From a virus (Duplodnaviria > Caudoviricetes), in IMG/VR virus record IMGVR_UViG_3300014208_000023, positions 160,001 through 224,000 of that record: DNA of 64,000 bases. One strand, given 5' to 3'. Shown here one piece after another: positions 37,144 through 47,663 of the stretch. The position numbers were made by a program, and so were the translations under genes. Position 1 is the first letter of the stretch. Each line of letters begins with the position of its first letter. The notes below the pieces were generated by a model that saw nothing but the letters and a program-made list of their open reading frames with translations, did no database searches and was not told the DNA's origin.

Positions 37144-39875
37144 TGGGTCTTTCTTCTTTCAGGATTTGATTCCAATAATCTTGTATCTCCATTATAATAT
37201 CCATTACCATTTTCTTTATATGGAACAGTTGGTTGATAAGGAGTCATTGGGTGAACATTAACCTCATCAATTAATTGATTAAACATATTGCTCCAGTCTT
37301 GGGCAAGATCATCTAAACCAAATGTTTGTTTAGCATATTGCTGCAAATTAATTCTGTCTGATTCGCTATAATTATTAATCGATTTAATAACCGATTTAAC
37401 AAATTTATCTTTATATTCTATTGATGTCCAATCTCCATTAATTAAAATGCCTCGATTAGATACCGTTTCATTTAATGCAGCAATACTTGAAGTAACTACT
37501 CCTAATCCCGCAGCCTGCGCTTCCATCGCAGTGATGCAAGATGTTTCGGTAAACCATGTTGGATGAATCCAGCAACCGGCTGATAAAAATTCTTCGGCCA
37601 ACACTTCTTTACTCACCCTATCATGATATACCACGCCCAATGGCTCTAGCTCTTTAATTTGATTTTTGAGTCTTCCAATTAAATCAGATTGTAATTTATC
37701 ATGTTGCGCAGAAAATTCCCAGTTTTTAAATCCATAATAAAGATGTAGCTCTGCCTTCGGAACTTGTTTTTTAATTTGTGGCCATACTTCTAATAAAATT
37801 GGCCAGCTTCTATCTGGGCTAGAACTATTAACGCATTTGAATTGATTTCTTTTTATATTTTTCGTGAAAAGATTCAAATCAATTCCATTTCTGGTTACAA
37901 TGACATGATCCGGATGAATATTATGAATATTAACTAATACCTGTTTGTGCCACTCAGTTAGTGCAAGTACCCTATCAGCTTTTAACAATAATTCATTAGT
38001 TGCGGCAATAGCATAAACATCATGAACCCATAATAATTTAAGCTTGGCTTTAATGTTATATTTATCGTCTAACATATCTGCACGACGAGATACAACTAAT
38101 ACGTCACACTCTAAATCTTTAAATTTATTAGTTTGATAATAATGTACTCCATCATAAACTTTACTACCAAAAATTCCACAACTATTATAAACGCTAACGT
38201 TATGCCCTAAAGCCGCCAATCTTTTTGCTTGCTCTAATAGCATAGTTTCACTACCGCCAATACCCATTCTTTTAACGGTTTCAGGGGTCCAAGTTTCAAC
38301 GCCATCTCCCGCAAAAAATATTACATTTAAAGGTTTATCAGTTCTTACTAATGCAGAGGAGGTTGTTGTTATGCTATTTAATTTTTGTTTTTCTAAGTCT
38401 TTAGATATATTAGAAATTCTAATAATATCATCAGAATTTTGCATAGTAATTGGTAAGCTGGCAACTAATGCAGCGGCGGATGCAAATTCATCACGAAGTA
38501 TTAATTGTTTCCATAATAATACTATGGTTGAATTAACTTGATCATCTGATAAGTGTGCAGGAAGCTCTTCGAAATTACATTTGGCAGGAATTTCCCAATT
38601 TAATAAAAATTTATTTTCATTAATGGTCTGTTTATTTAAAACCGCTCCAATAAAATCAGACATTTTAGGAGTTAATTCTTCTAGTGCTCTTAATTGATAA
38701 ATAGCCGCTAATGCTTCTTGTTTATGAATCCAAATTTCATATATTTTTTTATTTATAATAAGTGCTTGATCATTTGGCTGACTCTTAAGACCTATATTAA
38801 CGCTTTCTAATGCTCCTTTAATATCTCCCAATTTACTTAATGCCATATTTAGATATCGATGAATATCATATTCTCTATCTAATGGATTAACAAATAATAA
38901 AGTTTTAGTAACGGGAAGGTTCAATCCAACACGAGAAAAATATACGCATCTTTCCCAATGACGCATTTCATTGGGTCCTCCTCGTTCTGCCAAGAAATAA
39001 AACATTTTAGCTAAAGCAAAATAACCTTCACCCCAAGTTTCTTTAATAGAAATTGTTTTGAATGCCCACTTAAGACCATCTTCATATTTGCCCTGGGCTT
39101 GAAAAATATCAACTAATTTAAGACATGCCATGGCTCGCTCATCATCCCAGCCAGAAATATCTACATACTTACTAAGATGTTGAATAGCTTCATCTACTAA
39201 TCCATTATTATAACATTCTAATCCAAGATAATACATCTGCCTTGCATCAGAATCTCCAACCTTAGCAAAATAATTTCTTAAAATACGTAAATTACGACCA
39301 GACTCCGGAGCCTTATTACTATATTGTCTTCTATGTTTATATACAACAGAATCATCAGTAACGAATGCACAATTAACTCCATCATTAGGAATTACAACTT
39401 CATGTACTGGATTAACCCAATGAAATTTGTTCTTATTAGAGAATAATCTCTCTCTATAATGCAAACAAGTACATTGCCCTAATTCATTATAGGAATATTC
39501 ATAAGGAAACATAAAAGCAATCGCATCAACATCTGGATTTATTGCATCTGTTAATTTTAATAAATTTTCTGCTCCAACAATAACATCATCAGCATCCATC
39601 CACATTACCCATGGTTGGGTTGCAAGTTCAAAAGATCTTTGTCTGGCTTGAGAAAAATCTTCAATCAAACCAGTTTCAGGATTATTACAAGCGGTATAAT
39701 TTTCAAAAACATCTGCTAAACGACGAGCCACATCGGCAGTGCCATCAGTACTGCCAGTATCAACTATAACAATTTCTTTTACATAATCTCGAATGGACTT
39801 AATACAATCTTCTAATAGGGGCTCATTTTTTACAATTATACATACGCTTACGTTTGCTTGGGACTTCATATTCAA
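37140..39875 (-). CDS. Multidomain glycosyltransferase: GT2 - TPR - GT4
   Basis: VSVCIIVKNE...DTGSTDGT...DFSQAR...WMDADD...VHE (GT2); RQMYYLG...W..ER (TPR); GGSE..., SSPDRS, FTETSCITAMEAQAAG (GT4). Confidence 0.88.
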   Translation of the reverse strand: MNMKSQANVSVCIIVKNEPLLEDCIKSIRDYVKEIVIVDTGSTDGTADVARRLADVFENYTACNNPETGLIEDFSQARQRSFELATQPWVMWMDADDVIVGAENLLKLTDAINPDVDAIAFMFPYEYSYNELGQCTCLHYRERLFSNKNKFHWVNPVHEVVIPNDGVNCAFVTDDSVVYKHRRQYSNKAPESGRNLRILRNYFAKVGDSDARQMYYLGLECYNNGLVDEAIQHLSKYVDISGWDDERAMACLKLVDIFQAQGKYEDGLKWAFKTISIKETWGEGYFALAKMFYFLAERGGPNEMRHWERCVYFSRVGLNLPVTKTLLFVNPLDREYDIHRYLNMALSKLGDIKGALESVNIGLKSQPNDQALIINKKIYEIWIHKQEALAAIYQLRALEELTPKMSDFIGAVLNKQTINENKFLLNWEIPAKCNFEELPAHLSDDQVNSTIVLLWKQLILRDEFASAAALVASLPITMQNSDDIIRISNISKDLEKQKLNSITTTSSALVRTDKPLNVIFFAGDGVETWTPETVKRMGIGGSETMLLEQAKRLAALGHNVSVYNSCGIFGSKVYDGVHYYQTNKFKDLECDVLVVSRRADMLDDKYNIKAKLKLLWVHDVYAIAATNELLLKADRVLALTEWHKQVLVNIHNIHPDHVIVTRNGIDLNLFTKNIKRNQFKCVNSSSPDRSWPILLEVWPQIKKQVPKAELHLYYGFKNWEFSAQHDKLQSDLIGRLKNQIKELEPLGVVYHDRVSKEVLAEEFLSAGCWIHPTWFTETSCITAMEAQAAGLGVVTSSIAALNETVSNRGILINGDWTSIEYKDKFVKSVIKSINNYSESDRINLQQYAKQTFGLDDLAQDWSNMFNQLIDEVNVHPMTPYQPTVPYKENGNGYYNGDTRLLESNPERRKTQ

Positions 39876-39899
39876 TATATATAACCGAGATTATTCGAA

Positions 39900-40619
39900 T
39901 TATGTATTAAATAATACGGCACTTAATGCTGTTACGTCAGCAGTAGTAAATGCCGAAGTACTTCTTCCCCAAAATGGTGATATCATGCCACCATTGAATG
40001 GGAAGTCAGTTCCACCGCTTCTAACTCCTAGGAATTGAGCCGTAGATATTTTCCAATCAGATCCAAGTGTGCCAGTGCCTGTTGAAGATTGCGCAACTGT
40101 ATTAATATATTGAGTAACAACTCCACTTGATCCATTTTTAACTACAATAAGACTAAACCATCCAGCACCAATTACAGTTGCATCAGATAATGCGCCAGCA
40201 AAATTAACTATTCCGCCAGCATCTATATAACAGTTATAGTCATCAACACCATAAAGCCACTCTGCATCGGCAGTTCCATCGCAACGAATTAAAGCTCCCC
40301 AAATAAAATGATCGGTTCCAACGTATGCCGGTAAAGTGGTTATTATATTTGATTGAATACAATCTTGATTTGGCAAAGTTTGCCCATCAAAATCAGGATA
40401 AGATTGTCCCAGTGCCGTTGTTGCGACGGCAGGAATATTCGCAGCCGTACCGCCTGGATTAAGCGCAACTCCATTTCCGGAACCAACTTGACATGTATAA
40501 GTTCCGGTAGAATCATAATTCAAATACCATCTATATAATCTTGAGCCTAAAACATCCAGAATTGTTGTTCTGGTACTTGATCCAGAAAATGATATTAATG
40601 AGGTAGATATTCCAATCAT
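39900..40619 (-). CDS. LamG/concanavalin A-like domain protein
   Basis: Start moved to ATG 40619 (ATGA overlap with the collagen stop); [20 protein letters not shown]...FNGGM pattern. Confidence 0.5.
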   Translation of the reverse strand: MIGISTSLISFSGSSTRTTILDVLGSRLYRWYLNYDSTGTYTCQVGSGNGVALNPGGTAANIPAVATTALGQSYPDFDGQTLPNQDCIQSNIITTLPAYVGTDHFIWGALIRCDGTADAEWLYGVDDYNCYIDAGGIVNFAGALSDATVIGAGWFSLIVVKNGSSGVVTQYINTVAQSSTGTGTLGSDWKISTAQFLGVRSGGTDFPFNGGMISPFWGRSTSAFTTADVTALSAVLFNT

Positions 40620-43600
40620 GAATTTCCGCCTTCCATTCTTTGAAAAATTCCATACCAATTAATAGTTGTATTGCTTCCTCTAACGAAACAAATTCCAGTT
40701 GCACCTGTATATGTCATAGTTGCGTTCCAAAATGAATTATCTTGTTTAGAACCGTTGTCTACACATGTCGATCCTGATGGAATTGCCCACGCCGTAGCTC
40801 CATCATGACGAAGCGTAAAAGAACGTTTAAATACTGCTGCCTGAGCCGCACCAGAACTAACACCATTTATTACTCCATCGAGATTGGTAACTGCTGTTGT
40901 ATCTATTGTGTAAGCATACATTGGCTGCCAACCAGTAGCTGTGGTTGTAAATTCAACTTCATCCGTATAAGTTCTTCCTTTAATAGTAGATCTATTTGTC
41001 GTTCTTGATCCAAGAACATCAATATTTCCACTGCCACTTACTCCAAGCATAGAATAACCAGATAACTGTTTAACCGTAGCTCCAGTAGGTCCGGTAGCAA
41101 GATCGCCTCCAAGTTGAAGTGTTCCCGGCGGTCCGGCAGGTCCGGTAGGACCAATTGGTCCGCCAGCAGGACCAGTAGGTCCCGCAGGACCAATAGATCC
41201 GGTTGGACCTATACTTCCAGTAGGTCCCGGCGATCCTTGGGCTCCAGCTGGACCAATAACACCCTCCATCGAAACTGCTCTAAATGACGCTTTATCCAAT
41301 GAAACTATTCTAGAGTTAGCTATTTTTCTCCACTCAATAAATCCGGTGTGAGAGCCTGCTGCCAAGCTGACGCCAGCAATTGAATTTACTTGCACTGGTC
41401 CAGTATGGACCATAACTTGATTTTCACGTTTCGCAACTCCGTCGATAACCCATCTGGTTTCAACTTGAGCCGGTCCAAGAGTACCAGATGCAAGAAGCTG
41501 CATCGAGTAATCCCACATTGTATTAGCAGCCACGCCCAACGTAATATTAATGTAAGTGCTTGGAATAGCCGTGAATGTAGATCCGGTTGGTTGTCGGTGT
41601 CCCGTGGCAATTAAGAAAGATAATGGCATGACGTCCACACCGCCGATTGGACCAGTAGCTCCTTGTGGACCAATGGATCCCGTAGGTCCAACGGGACCTG
41701 TTGGTCCTGTAACACCACCGCCACCACCACCCGGAATAGCTACTTGAATAACTGTTCCGGTAGTTGTTGATGTTGCTACTGCTGATACGCCAGCTCCTAC
41801 AAAATTAAAAGCGGTGACATTGCCTTTAAGAACATCATCATCTAATACATTTATTCCGGAGAATCCTCCACCTGGACCTTGAGGACCAATACTTCCCGTT
41901 GGACCTGCCGGACCAGTAACTCCAGGCGAACCTTGAGTGCCAATAGATCCTGTAGGTCCAGGTGATCCTTGAATTCCTTGCGGACCGATACTGCCTGTAG
42001 GTCCTTGTATACCTTGTTGACCTTGCGGTCCAGTAGGTCCAGTTGATCCTATCGTTCCAGTTGGACCTTGAGGTCCAATGCTACCCGTTGCACCAGCAGA
42101 TCCTTGTAGTCCTTGAGGTCCAATGCTACCAGTAGCTCCAGCAGATCCTTGCGGACCTTGCAGTCCAGTAGATCCAATAGTTCCAGTTGGTCCCTGTATG
42201 CCTTGTGGACCAATACTGCCCGTAGGACCAATACTGCCTGTAGGTCCTTGAATACCCTGTTGACCTTGGGGTCCAGTTGGACCTGTAGATCCTATAGTTC
42301 CTGTTGGACCTTGAGGTCCAATACTGCCCGTTGCGCCAGCAGACCCTTGTTGACCTTGAGGACCTATAGGTCCAGTAGCACCAACGGTTCCAATTGATCC
42401 GGTTGGACCTTGAGGTCCAATGCTTCCAGTAGCTCCGGCAGATCCTTGTTGACCTTGCGGTCCAGTCGATCCAATAGTGCCTGTTGGACCTTGTGGTCCA
42501 ATAGAGCCAGTAGGACCTTGAATGCCTTGTGGACCAATGCTGCCTGTAGGTCCTGTAGAGCCAATCGTTCCTGTTGGACCTTGAGGTCCAATACTGCCTG
42601 TTGCGCCAGCAGATCCCTGTTGACCTTGTGGTCCAGTTGATCCAATTGTTCCAGTTGAACCACGAGGTCCAGTAGGTCCAGTAGACCCAATCGTTCCTGT
42701 TGGACCTTGAGGTCCAATACTGCCTGTAGGTCCAATAGATCCTTGTTGCCCCTGTGGTCCTGTAGGTCCAGTTGATCCTATAGTTCCGGTTGGACCTTGA
42801 GGTCCAATGCTACCTGTAGCGCCAGCAGATCCTTGTATACCTTGTTGACCCTGAGGACCTGTAGGTCCTGTAGAACCGATAGTGCCAGTTGGACCTTCTA
42901 CGCCTTGTGGTCCAACACTACCTGTAGATCCTGGAGATCCTTGAGGACCAGCTGGACCAGTTGCGCCAGTAGCATTTCCACCAATTGTAAATAAGCTAAA
43001 GTTTGCATCAACAACTGTTAAAACAGTTCCGCCAGATATAGATATTCCTCTAACTCTAATGTCTACAACGTCATTCGCACTTAGAAAATTCAAATCTGTA
43101 ATTGATATTGATGTATTTTGCCCGGTGCCTTGCGAGGCTGCTCGCGCTCGGGCATTTATGTGCTCAACACCATTAATAAAAATTGTCCACTCATAATCTT
43201 TATTCGCGCCGTCTGTATGAAATGTAATAGATGCCGCTAATTTATACCAACCAGCAATATTAATTGTAATATCACTAGTACTAGCGCTTGGAGTTGTTCC
43301 AAATGCATTTGCAACAGTATCAAGTGCTGTTATTTTATAAAAAGTATCAGTAGTTGTAAGGGTTTGTCCAGTAACATTATCGGTTACACTTAGCGTACCA
43401 TAATTTGCAGGATTACCAGCTGGTCCGGTAGCACCTACGCTACCAGTTGGTCCAATTTGTCCAGCTGGACCTATCTGCCCTGTTGGTCCAATAGTGCCGG
43501 TTGGACCAATAGGTCCAATGCTACCAGTAGCTCCAGCAGATCCTTGGGGACCTTGAGGACCAGTAGCTCCACCACCGGCACCGCCGATGCCAGTAGCATT

Positions 43601-43633
43601 TATTTGGTAATTTTTAACTCTTGTATTGGCCAT
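40616..43633 (-). CDS. Collagen-like fibre protein with BclA/C1q-like globular domains
   Basis: Extensive Gly-X-Y runs ([15 protein letters not shown]) and beta-sandwich segments ([11 protein letters not shown]...IFINGV...[11 protein letters not shown]). Confidence 0.9.
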   Translation of the reverse strand: MANTRVKNYQINATGIGGAGGGATGPQGPQGSAGATGSIGPIGPTGTIGPTGQIGPAGQIGPTGSVGATGPAGNPANYGTLSVTDNVTGQTLTTTDTFYKITALDTVANAFGTTPSASTSDITINIAGWYKLAASITFHTDGANKDYEWTIFINGVEHINARARAASQGTGQNTSISITDLNFLSANDVVDIRVRGISISGGTVLTVVDANFSLFTIGGNATGATGPAGPQGSPGSTGSVGPQGVEGPTGTIGSTGPTGPQGQQGIQGSAGATGSIGPQGPTGTIGSTGPTGPQGQQGSIGPTGSIGPQGPTGTIGSTGPTGPRGSTGTIGSTGPQGQQGSAGATGSIGPQGPTGTIGSTGPTGSIGPQGIQGPTGSIGPQGPTGTIGSTGPQGQQGSAGATGSIGPQGPTGSIGTVGATGPIGPQGQQGSAGATGSIGPQGPTGTIGSTGPTGPQGQQGIQGPTGSIGPTGSIGPQGIQGPTGTIGSTGLQGPQGSAGATGSIGPQGLQGSAGATGSIGPQGPTGTIGSTGPTGPQGQQGIQGPTGSIGPQGIQGSPGPTGSIGTQGSPGVTGPAGPTGSIGPQGPGGGFSGINVLDDDVLKGNVTAFNFVGAGVSAVATSTTTGTVIQVAIPGGGGGGVTGPTGPVGPTGSIGPQGATGPIGGVDVMPLSFLIATGHRQPTGSTFTAIPSTYINITLGVAANTMWDYSMQLLASGTLGPAQVETRWVIDGVAKRENQVMVHTGPVQVNSIAGVSLAAGSHTGFIEWRKIANSRIVSLDKASFRAVSMEGVIGPAGAQGSPGPTGSIGPTGSIGPAGPTGPAGGPIGPTGPAGPPGTLQLGGDLATGPTGATVKQLSGYSMLGVSGSGNIDVLGSRTTNRSTIKGRTYTDEVEFTTTATGWQPMYAYTIDTTAVTNLDGVINGVSSGAAQAAVFKRSFTLRHDGATAWAIPSGSTCVDNGSKQDNSFWNATMTYTGATGICFVRGSNTTINWYGIFQRMEGGNS
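41872..42972 (-). repeat. Main collagen Gly-X-Y array (about 120 triplets), imperfect tandem DNA repeats
   Basis: Recurring units such as [31 protein letters not shown]. Confidence 0.9.
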
Positions 43634-43637
43634 TGGG

Positions 43638-44222
43638 TTAAATTATTTCAAAGTAATCTATTGTTAAGACATCATCGGGATATGGCGGCGCAACAAATAC
43701 AATTGTATCATAACCAGTTCCAAGCCCTCCGCTTTCAGCAACAAAATAGTCTTCAGGAATATGTTGTCTTAACCCATTAACAAATAATACTTCTTTAAAT
43801 TGAGATGTATGTTTGAATTTTGTTAAAGTTGTAAATGTAATATTAACATTGTTTTGTGTTCCAATTAAAGAAGAATCTTGCACATCAAATCCTCCAGTTC
43901 CAATAGTTCCAGTTACTTCTAGCCCATTAATAATGCCTGCTGATTGCAAAAAAGATTTATGAGCGTCATTAAACTGTAGCAAGTCTATATCGCTTGATAA
44001 TACAGATATTTCGCCAACTCTAATTTTATGTTGAAGCTCTCCTTTTAGAAGCGATGATCTTATATCAGACTCAGACACTCCTGGAATTGCTAAAAGATCT
44101 CTAGATTGTCCAAATGGTATTGGATAATTGAAAATAAATATAGTTTTTTTAGGATTAGAGTTATTATTTACAACAAAACCGCCATTTATTTTTTGGAAAG
44201 GCGCAAATTCATTTAATGGCAT
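43638..44222 (-). CDS. Virion-type protein upstream of the collagen fibre
   Basis: C-terminal [12 protein letters not shown]...LFVNGLRQ...DY...TIVF..PP...VLTIDY structural domain; N-terminus related to 21736..22122. Confidence 0.5.
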   Translation of the reverse strand: MPLNEFAPFQKINGGFVVNNNSNPKKTIFIFNYPIPFGQSRDLLAIPGVSESDIRSSLLKGELQHKIRVGEISVLSSDIDLLQFNDAHKSFLQSAGIINGLEVTGTIGTGGFDVQDSSLIGTQNNVNITFTTLTKFKHTSQFKEVLFVNGLRQHIPEDYFVAESGGLGTGYDTIVFVAPPYPDDVLTIDYFEII

Positions 44223-44990
44223 TTACTCTTCCTTCTTCGATTCGTTCCCGATTTCCTTTACTTCTTCAGACTCAATACTGTCAGCAATAGTTATGTTTAT
44301 AGATCGTTTAACATTCTTATTTTCTTTATTGGCCTTTACATTGCCAAATAATTTTTCCATCAATGAATCCTCCTGGACAAATGATGGTTGTTTTATGATT
44401 GGCATTGGTTGGTCACTGGTCTTACTAATTTGATCTTTTAGACGATAATTTGCATACAAAGATTTATGCATTAATTTCTCATCTCTACTAAGGAGAACGT
44501 TTCTAATCTCTTCTTCCGGTAATCTTTCTATATCAGCTGAGGCTAATCTATATCGTAAATAAAGTAACTCATCAAGATAATCAAATTGTGGCTTGAAAAA
44601 ATCATAATCTTTCTGCTCAACGCGCAAAGTATTATCTACGGCATTACATAGAATTCTAGAATTACTATCTAGCCAATCTGGATCGCCTATAAATTGGTCT
44701 TTAATTAAATCTACGGCAGTTTTGACTTTGAATAGATTTTTAATCTTATTAGATATTTCTGGAGAAATGAATGGCTCGCTTCTTTGATAATTTTGAAGAT
44801 TGCGCCGCGGATTAACTGTCGTCTCGGAATTGATGCGTCTAGTGTCAAAGGCTATTTTAGTCATACCACTGGGCAATGCTTCAAAAGCCTCTCTGATTTT
44901 AGAAAGATTAGTGGATTTTTCAGATCTTTCTTCGAAAGAAGCGTGTAATTTCAACAAATCTTTATTTAAGCCAAGGAAAAATAAGCTCAT
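44223..44990 (-). CDS. Hypothetical protein with K-x-A motifs
   Basis: LLKLHASF, MTKIAF, KVKTAV. Confidence 0.55.
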   Translation of the reverse strand: MSLFFLGLNKDLLKLHASFEERSEKSTNLSKIREAFEALPSGMTKIAFDTRRINSETTVNPRRNLQNYQRSEPFISPEISNKIKNLFKVKTAVDLIKDQFIGDPDWLDSNSRILCNAVDNTLRVEQKDYDFFKPQFDYLDELLYLRYRLASADIERLPEEEIRNVLLSRDEKLMHKSLYANYRLKDQISKTSDQPMPIIKQPSFVQEDSLMEKLFGNVKANKENKNVKRSINITIADSIESEEVKEIGNESKKEE

Positions 44991-45020
44991 TCTAGGAATA
45001 TGTCAAAGTATCGATAGTCT

Positions 45021-46304
45021 TCAGCTAGAGAATACTTTTAGATACATATCGGCAACTTTTTCCCACGAATTCTCTATTAGATGTTTGTTTTGAATATCGA
45101 CCTGATGTTTTTGTGCTTCTTTAGAAGAAAATAATACATCAAGCTCTTTGGCTATTTCTTCTGGAGTATTGGCCTTAATGCTGGGTAAATCCTGGAAATG
45201 CGGTATGCCGGATGTTATAATAGGCACTCCCTTGGCCATAGCAACTCTACAAGCCCCGCTAGCGCCAAATACAAGGTGTTTTGGGTCGGTTCCATAAGGA
45301 AATACGGCAACCTTATTTGTTCTCAAAAAAGAATCTATAACAATTTCAGATTGAAATCCCCTTATCAAACTAATGTTAGATTCAACATTAAGCGTTTTTG
45401 ATAGCTGAACCAGCTCTTCATAATAAATTTGATGTTCAATTCCGTTAAATGGTGATTCAGCAAGTAGGCCAGTAAAAAATACATCAGGATACTTGTCCTT
45501 AAGGATTGCCGTGGCCTTAATACAATCCTCAAATCTTTTATATCTAAAAGAAAATCCTTGCGTAACAAATGTATGGTCTGATTTATAGAAGTTCCATAAC
45601 TTTGGTAAGTTTTGATTTATAAAGCATCCATGTGGAATAACATATACTTTACCGGCAACTTCTTTATTGATCTTAAGAACTTCTTTGGCTCCTTCGCCAT
45701 GAACAACAATTTCTGGTATGCAAGCTTCAACGATAGTTTTATCTTCGTGATAAAATATGGAATGCATGGTGACTATGATTCTATATTTTGATAGCCTACT
45801 TATAAATGATAGCCAATATCTAGCGTTGGGAAATAAACCAAATTCGTGTTGAATTAAAATAACATCAGGCTCATATTTTTCTATCGCCTCTATTAACTCA
45901 TCTAATTGTTCTCCTCGACGCCAGCATTCTATAACTTGATCTTCTTCTGCAATTGTGTTGTCGATTATATTTATGTTCTGCGTAGGAGAGTTGTTATATT
46001 CTATGAATAATTTAAAATCAGCAACTTTCTTTGATATCTCCGGAATAAGTGCCTCAGCATATGTACTTATTCCACACTTCATTTTCCAATTATTAATGAA
46101 TGCAACTTTTAGTTGATCTGACGGCTTTATTGCTTTTCTTAATTCAACCTTATCATTTTTCAAATGATAGTTAAGCATTAATTCTTGAGAAGATATGCCA
46201 ATAAGCTCTTGTGGAAGCTCAATAACTGTCAAATCATCATTAACAAAAAAAGCATTCGAGATAATGCGAATGCTTCCATTTTTAACCCCAACAAAACGAG
46301 GCAT
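45021..46304 (-). CDS. Glycosyltransferase (GT4-like)
   Basis: KCGISTYAEAL, IQHEFGLF, VTMHS, IPHG, SGACRVAMAKGVPIITS. Confidence 0.85.
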   Translation of the reverse strand: MPRFVGVKNGSIRIISNAFFVNDDLTVIELPQELIGISSQELMLNYHLKNDKVELRKAIKPSDQLKVAFINNWKMKCGISTYAEALIPEISKKVADFKLFIEYNNSPTQNINIIDNTIAEEDQVIECWRRGEQLDELIEAIEKYEPDVILIQHEFGLFPNARYWLSFISRLSKYRIIVTMHSIFYHEDKTIVEACIPEIVVHGEGAKEVLKINKEVAGKVYVIPHGCFINQNLPKLWNFYKSDHTFVTQGFSFRYKRFEDCIKATAILKDKYPDVFFTGLLAESPFNGIEHQIYYEELVQLSKTLNVESNISLIRGFQSEIVIDSFLRTNKVAVFPYGTDPKHLVFGASGACRVAMAKGVPIITSGIPHFQDLPSIKANTPEEIAKELDVLFSSKEAQKHQVDIQNKHLIENSWEKVADMYLKVFSS

Positions 46305-47288
46305 CTATTCCTTAGATATAATAGTTCTAACCTTATCTTTTAGGCTACTGAAAGCATCCAAATTTATTGCCATATCAGTAGTTTTGTCATGTAGGCTTTT
46401 AACAAATAATACATCATCAATTGCAGTTAATATTGCAGATTTAGATGTTCTATAAAAATCTACATTTTTAGTAAGTGTAGCATTAAAATACTTTAATTTG
46501 TCGTGATGATGCAGATTAATGCACGGAGTTTGTGTTATATCCGCCATAACCAATCCGTGATATCGTTGAGATATAATTAATTCGTAAGAAGAACATAGTT
46601 TTGATAAAGATACAAAATCATATTCCTCAAATGGCAATATATTTAATTTGCCATGTGTCATCTTGTTTGCTATCTCGGCTGCCGCAAAATCATCTTTGTG
46701 ATTAGAGTTTCTACACATTGGCAAAACGTCAATAGAGTGCTTATGATCAATAAGAAATTCGAAAGTTTGGGCACACTCTGATTTAAAATATTCCCACGCA
46801 GAGTGCTTCCACGCAGCATCATTCCATTTTGAAACAGTATGAGAGTTTGGCAAAAACAGTATGGATTTTGGTTTTGCTTTCTGCTTGTCGACTTCATCAC
46901 TTAACGCATATACTAAATCTGGACAGTAAATAGCATTAGCATTCAGTGCTTTGATTTTATCTATAGCGTGTATGGATCTTATGCAGACAAAACTGGCTTT
47001 TTGAATTAGAAACTTGTGCCACGGATGTATAGATGTCTCCGCACCTACTCCAAGATAAACAATGGGTTTAGATGGAAGCTTTTCCAATAACTCCTTTGGA
47101 ACATTTGGTTGGCCATCTAAAAACGATCCTCCACCGAGGAATAGGGCGTCGTGACTTTCTAATAACTCTGCCGTTATTTTTTCAGAGAACGTGAATTCAT
47201 ATTCTGGAAATAATTTTTTATATGCTTCAATAAATAAATTGTCTCCGATGTTCGATTTGTTAAAGAACCCATAGACAAGTATTTTCAT
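46305..47288 (-). CDS. Polysaccharide pyruvyltransferase-family protein
   Basis: GFFNKSNIGDNL, LGGGSF, LGVG, CIRS, PDLVYAL, ISQRYHGLVMA. Confidence 0.8.
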   Translation of the reverse strand: MKILVYGFFNKSNIGDNLFIEAYKKLFPEYEFTFSEKITAELLESHDALFLGGGSFLDGQPNVPKELLEKLPSKPIVYLGVGAETSIHPWHKFLIQKASFVCIRSIHAIDKIKALNANAIYCPDLVYALSDEVDKQKAKPKSILFLPNSHTVSKWNDAAWKHSAWEYFKSECAQTFEFLIDHKHSIDVLPMCRNSNHKDDFAAAEIANKMTHGKLNILPFEEYDFVSLSKLCSSYELIISQRYHGLVMADITQTPCINLHHHDKLKYFNATLTKNVDFYRTSKSAILTAIDDVLFVKSLHDKTTDMAINLDAFSSLKDKVRTIISKE

Positions 47289-47291
47289 ACT

Positions 47292-47630
47292 TTAGTATAT
47301 AACGCTATATGAAATTTCTCGAACGTTTCCTACGTCGTAAGATATTATTAACTGATAGGCTCCACACTCTTCAATTAATTCCCAGTGTAATGTATCATGA
47401 TGTGGATTACACGGATGACAGGGATGCGAGTTAAATTGATCAGTAAAATGCACAGAAATAAATTTTGGCATATGTGACTGGCATAGATCGATACCAACTT
47501 TGCCGCATCCATTTACAAAAAAGTCTCCATCCATTGTGTGATTGCGAGCTTTATGTTTTTTAAGCATGTAGTATCCTATATAAGTGGCAGATAAAATCGA
47601 GCTTACGACGAGAAGCATGTACAATATCAT
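47292..47630 (-). CDS. Small membrane-anchored protein
   Basis: N-terminal TM followed by a His/Cys-rich beta domain. Confidence 0.5.
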   Translation of the reverse strand: MILYMLLVVSSILSATYIGYYMLKKHKARNHTMDGDFFVNGCGKVGIDLCQSHMPKFISVHFTDQFNSHPCHPCNPHHDTLHWELIEECGAYQLIISYDVGNVREISYSVIY

Positions 47631-47663
47631 TGTAACCTTATATTCGTTTATGCTCTTATTTTA

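Noticed and set aside
41386-43780. Several short ORFs with RSN/LDL periodicity
   Set aside because: Alternative-frame shadows of the collagen repeats.
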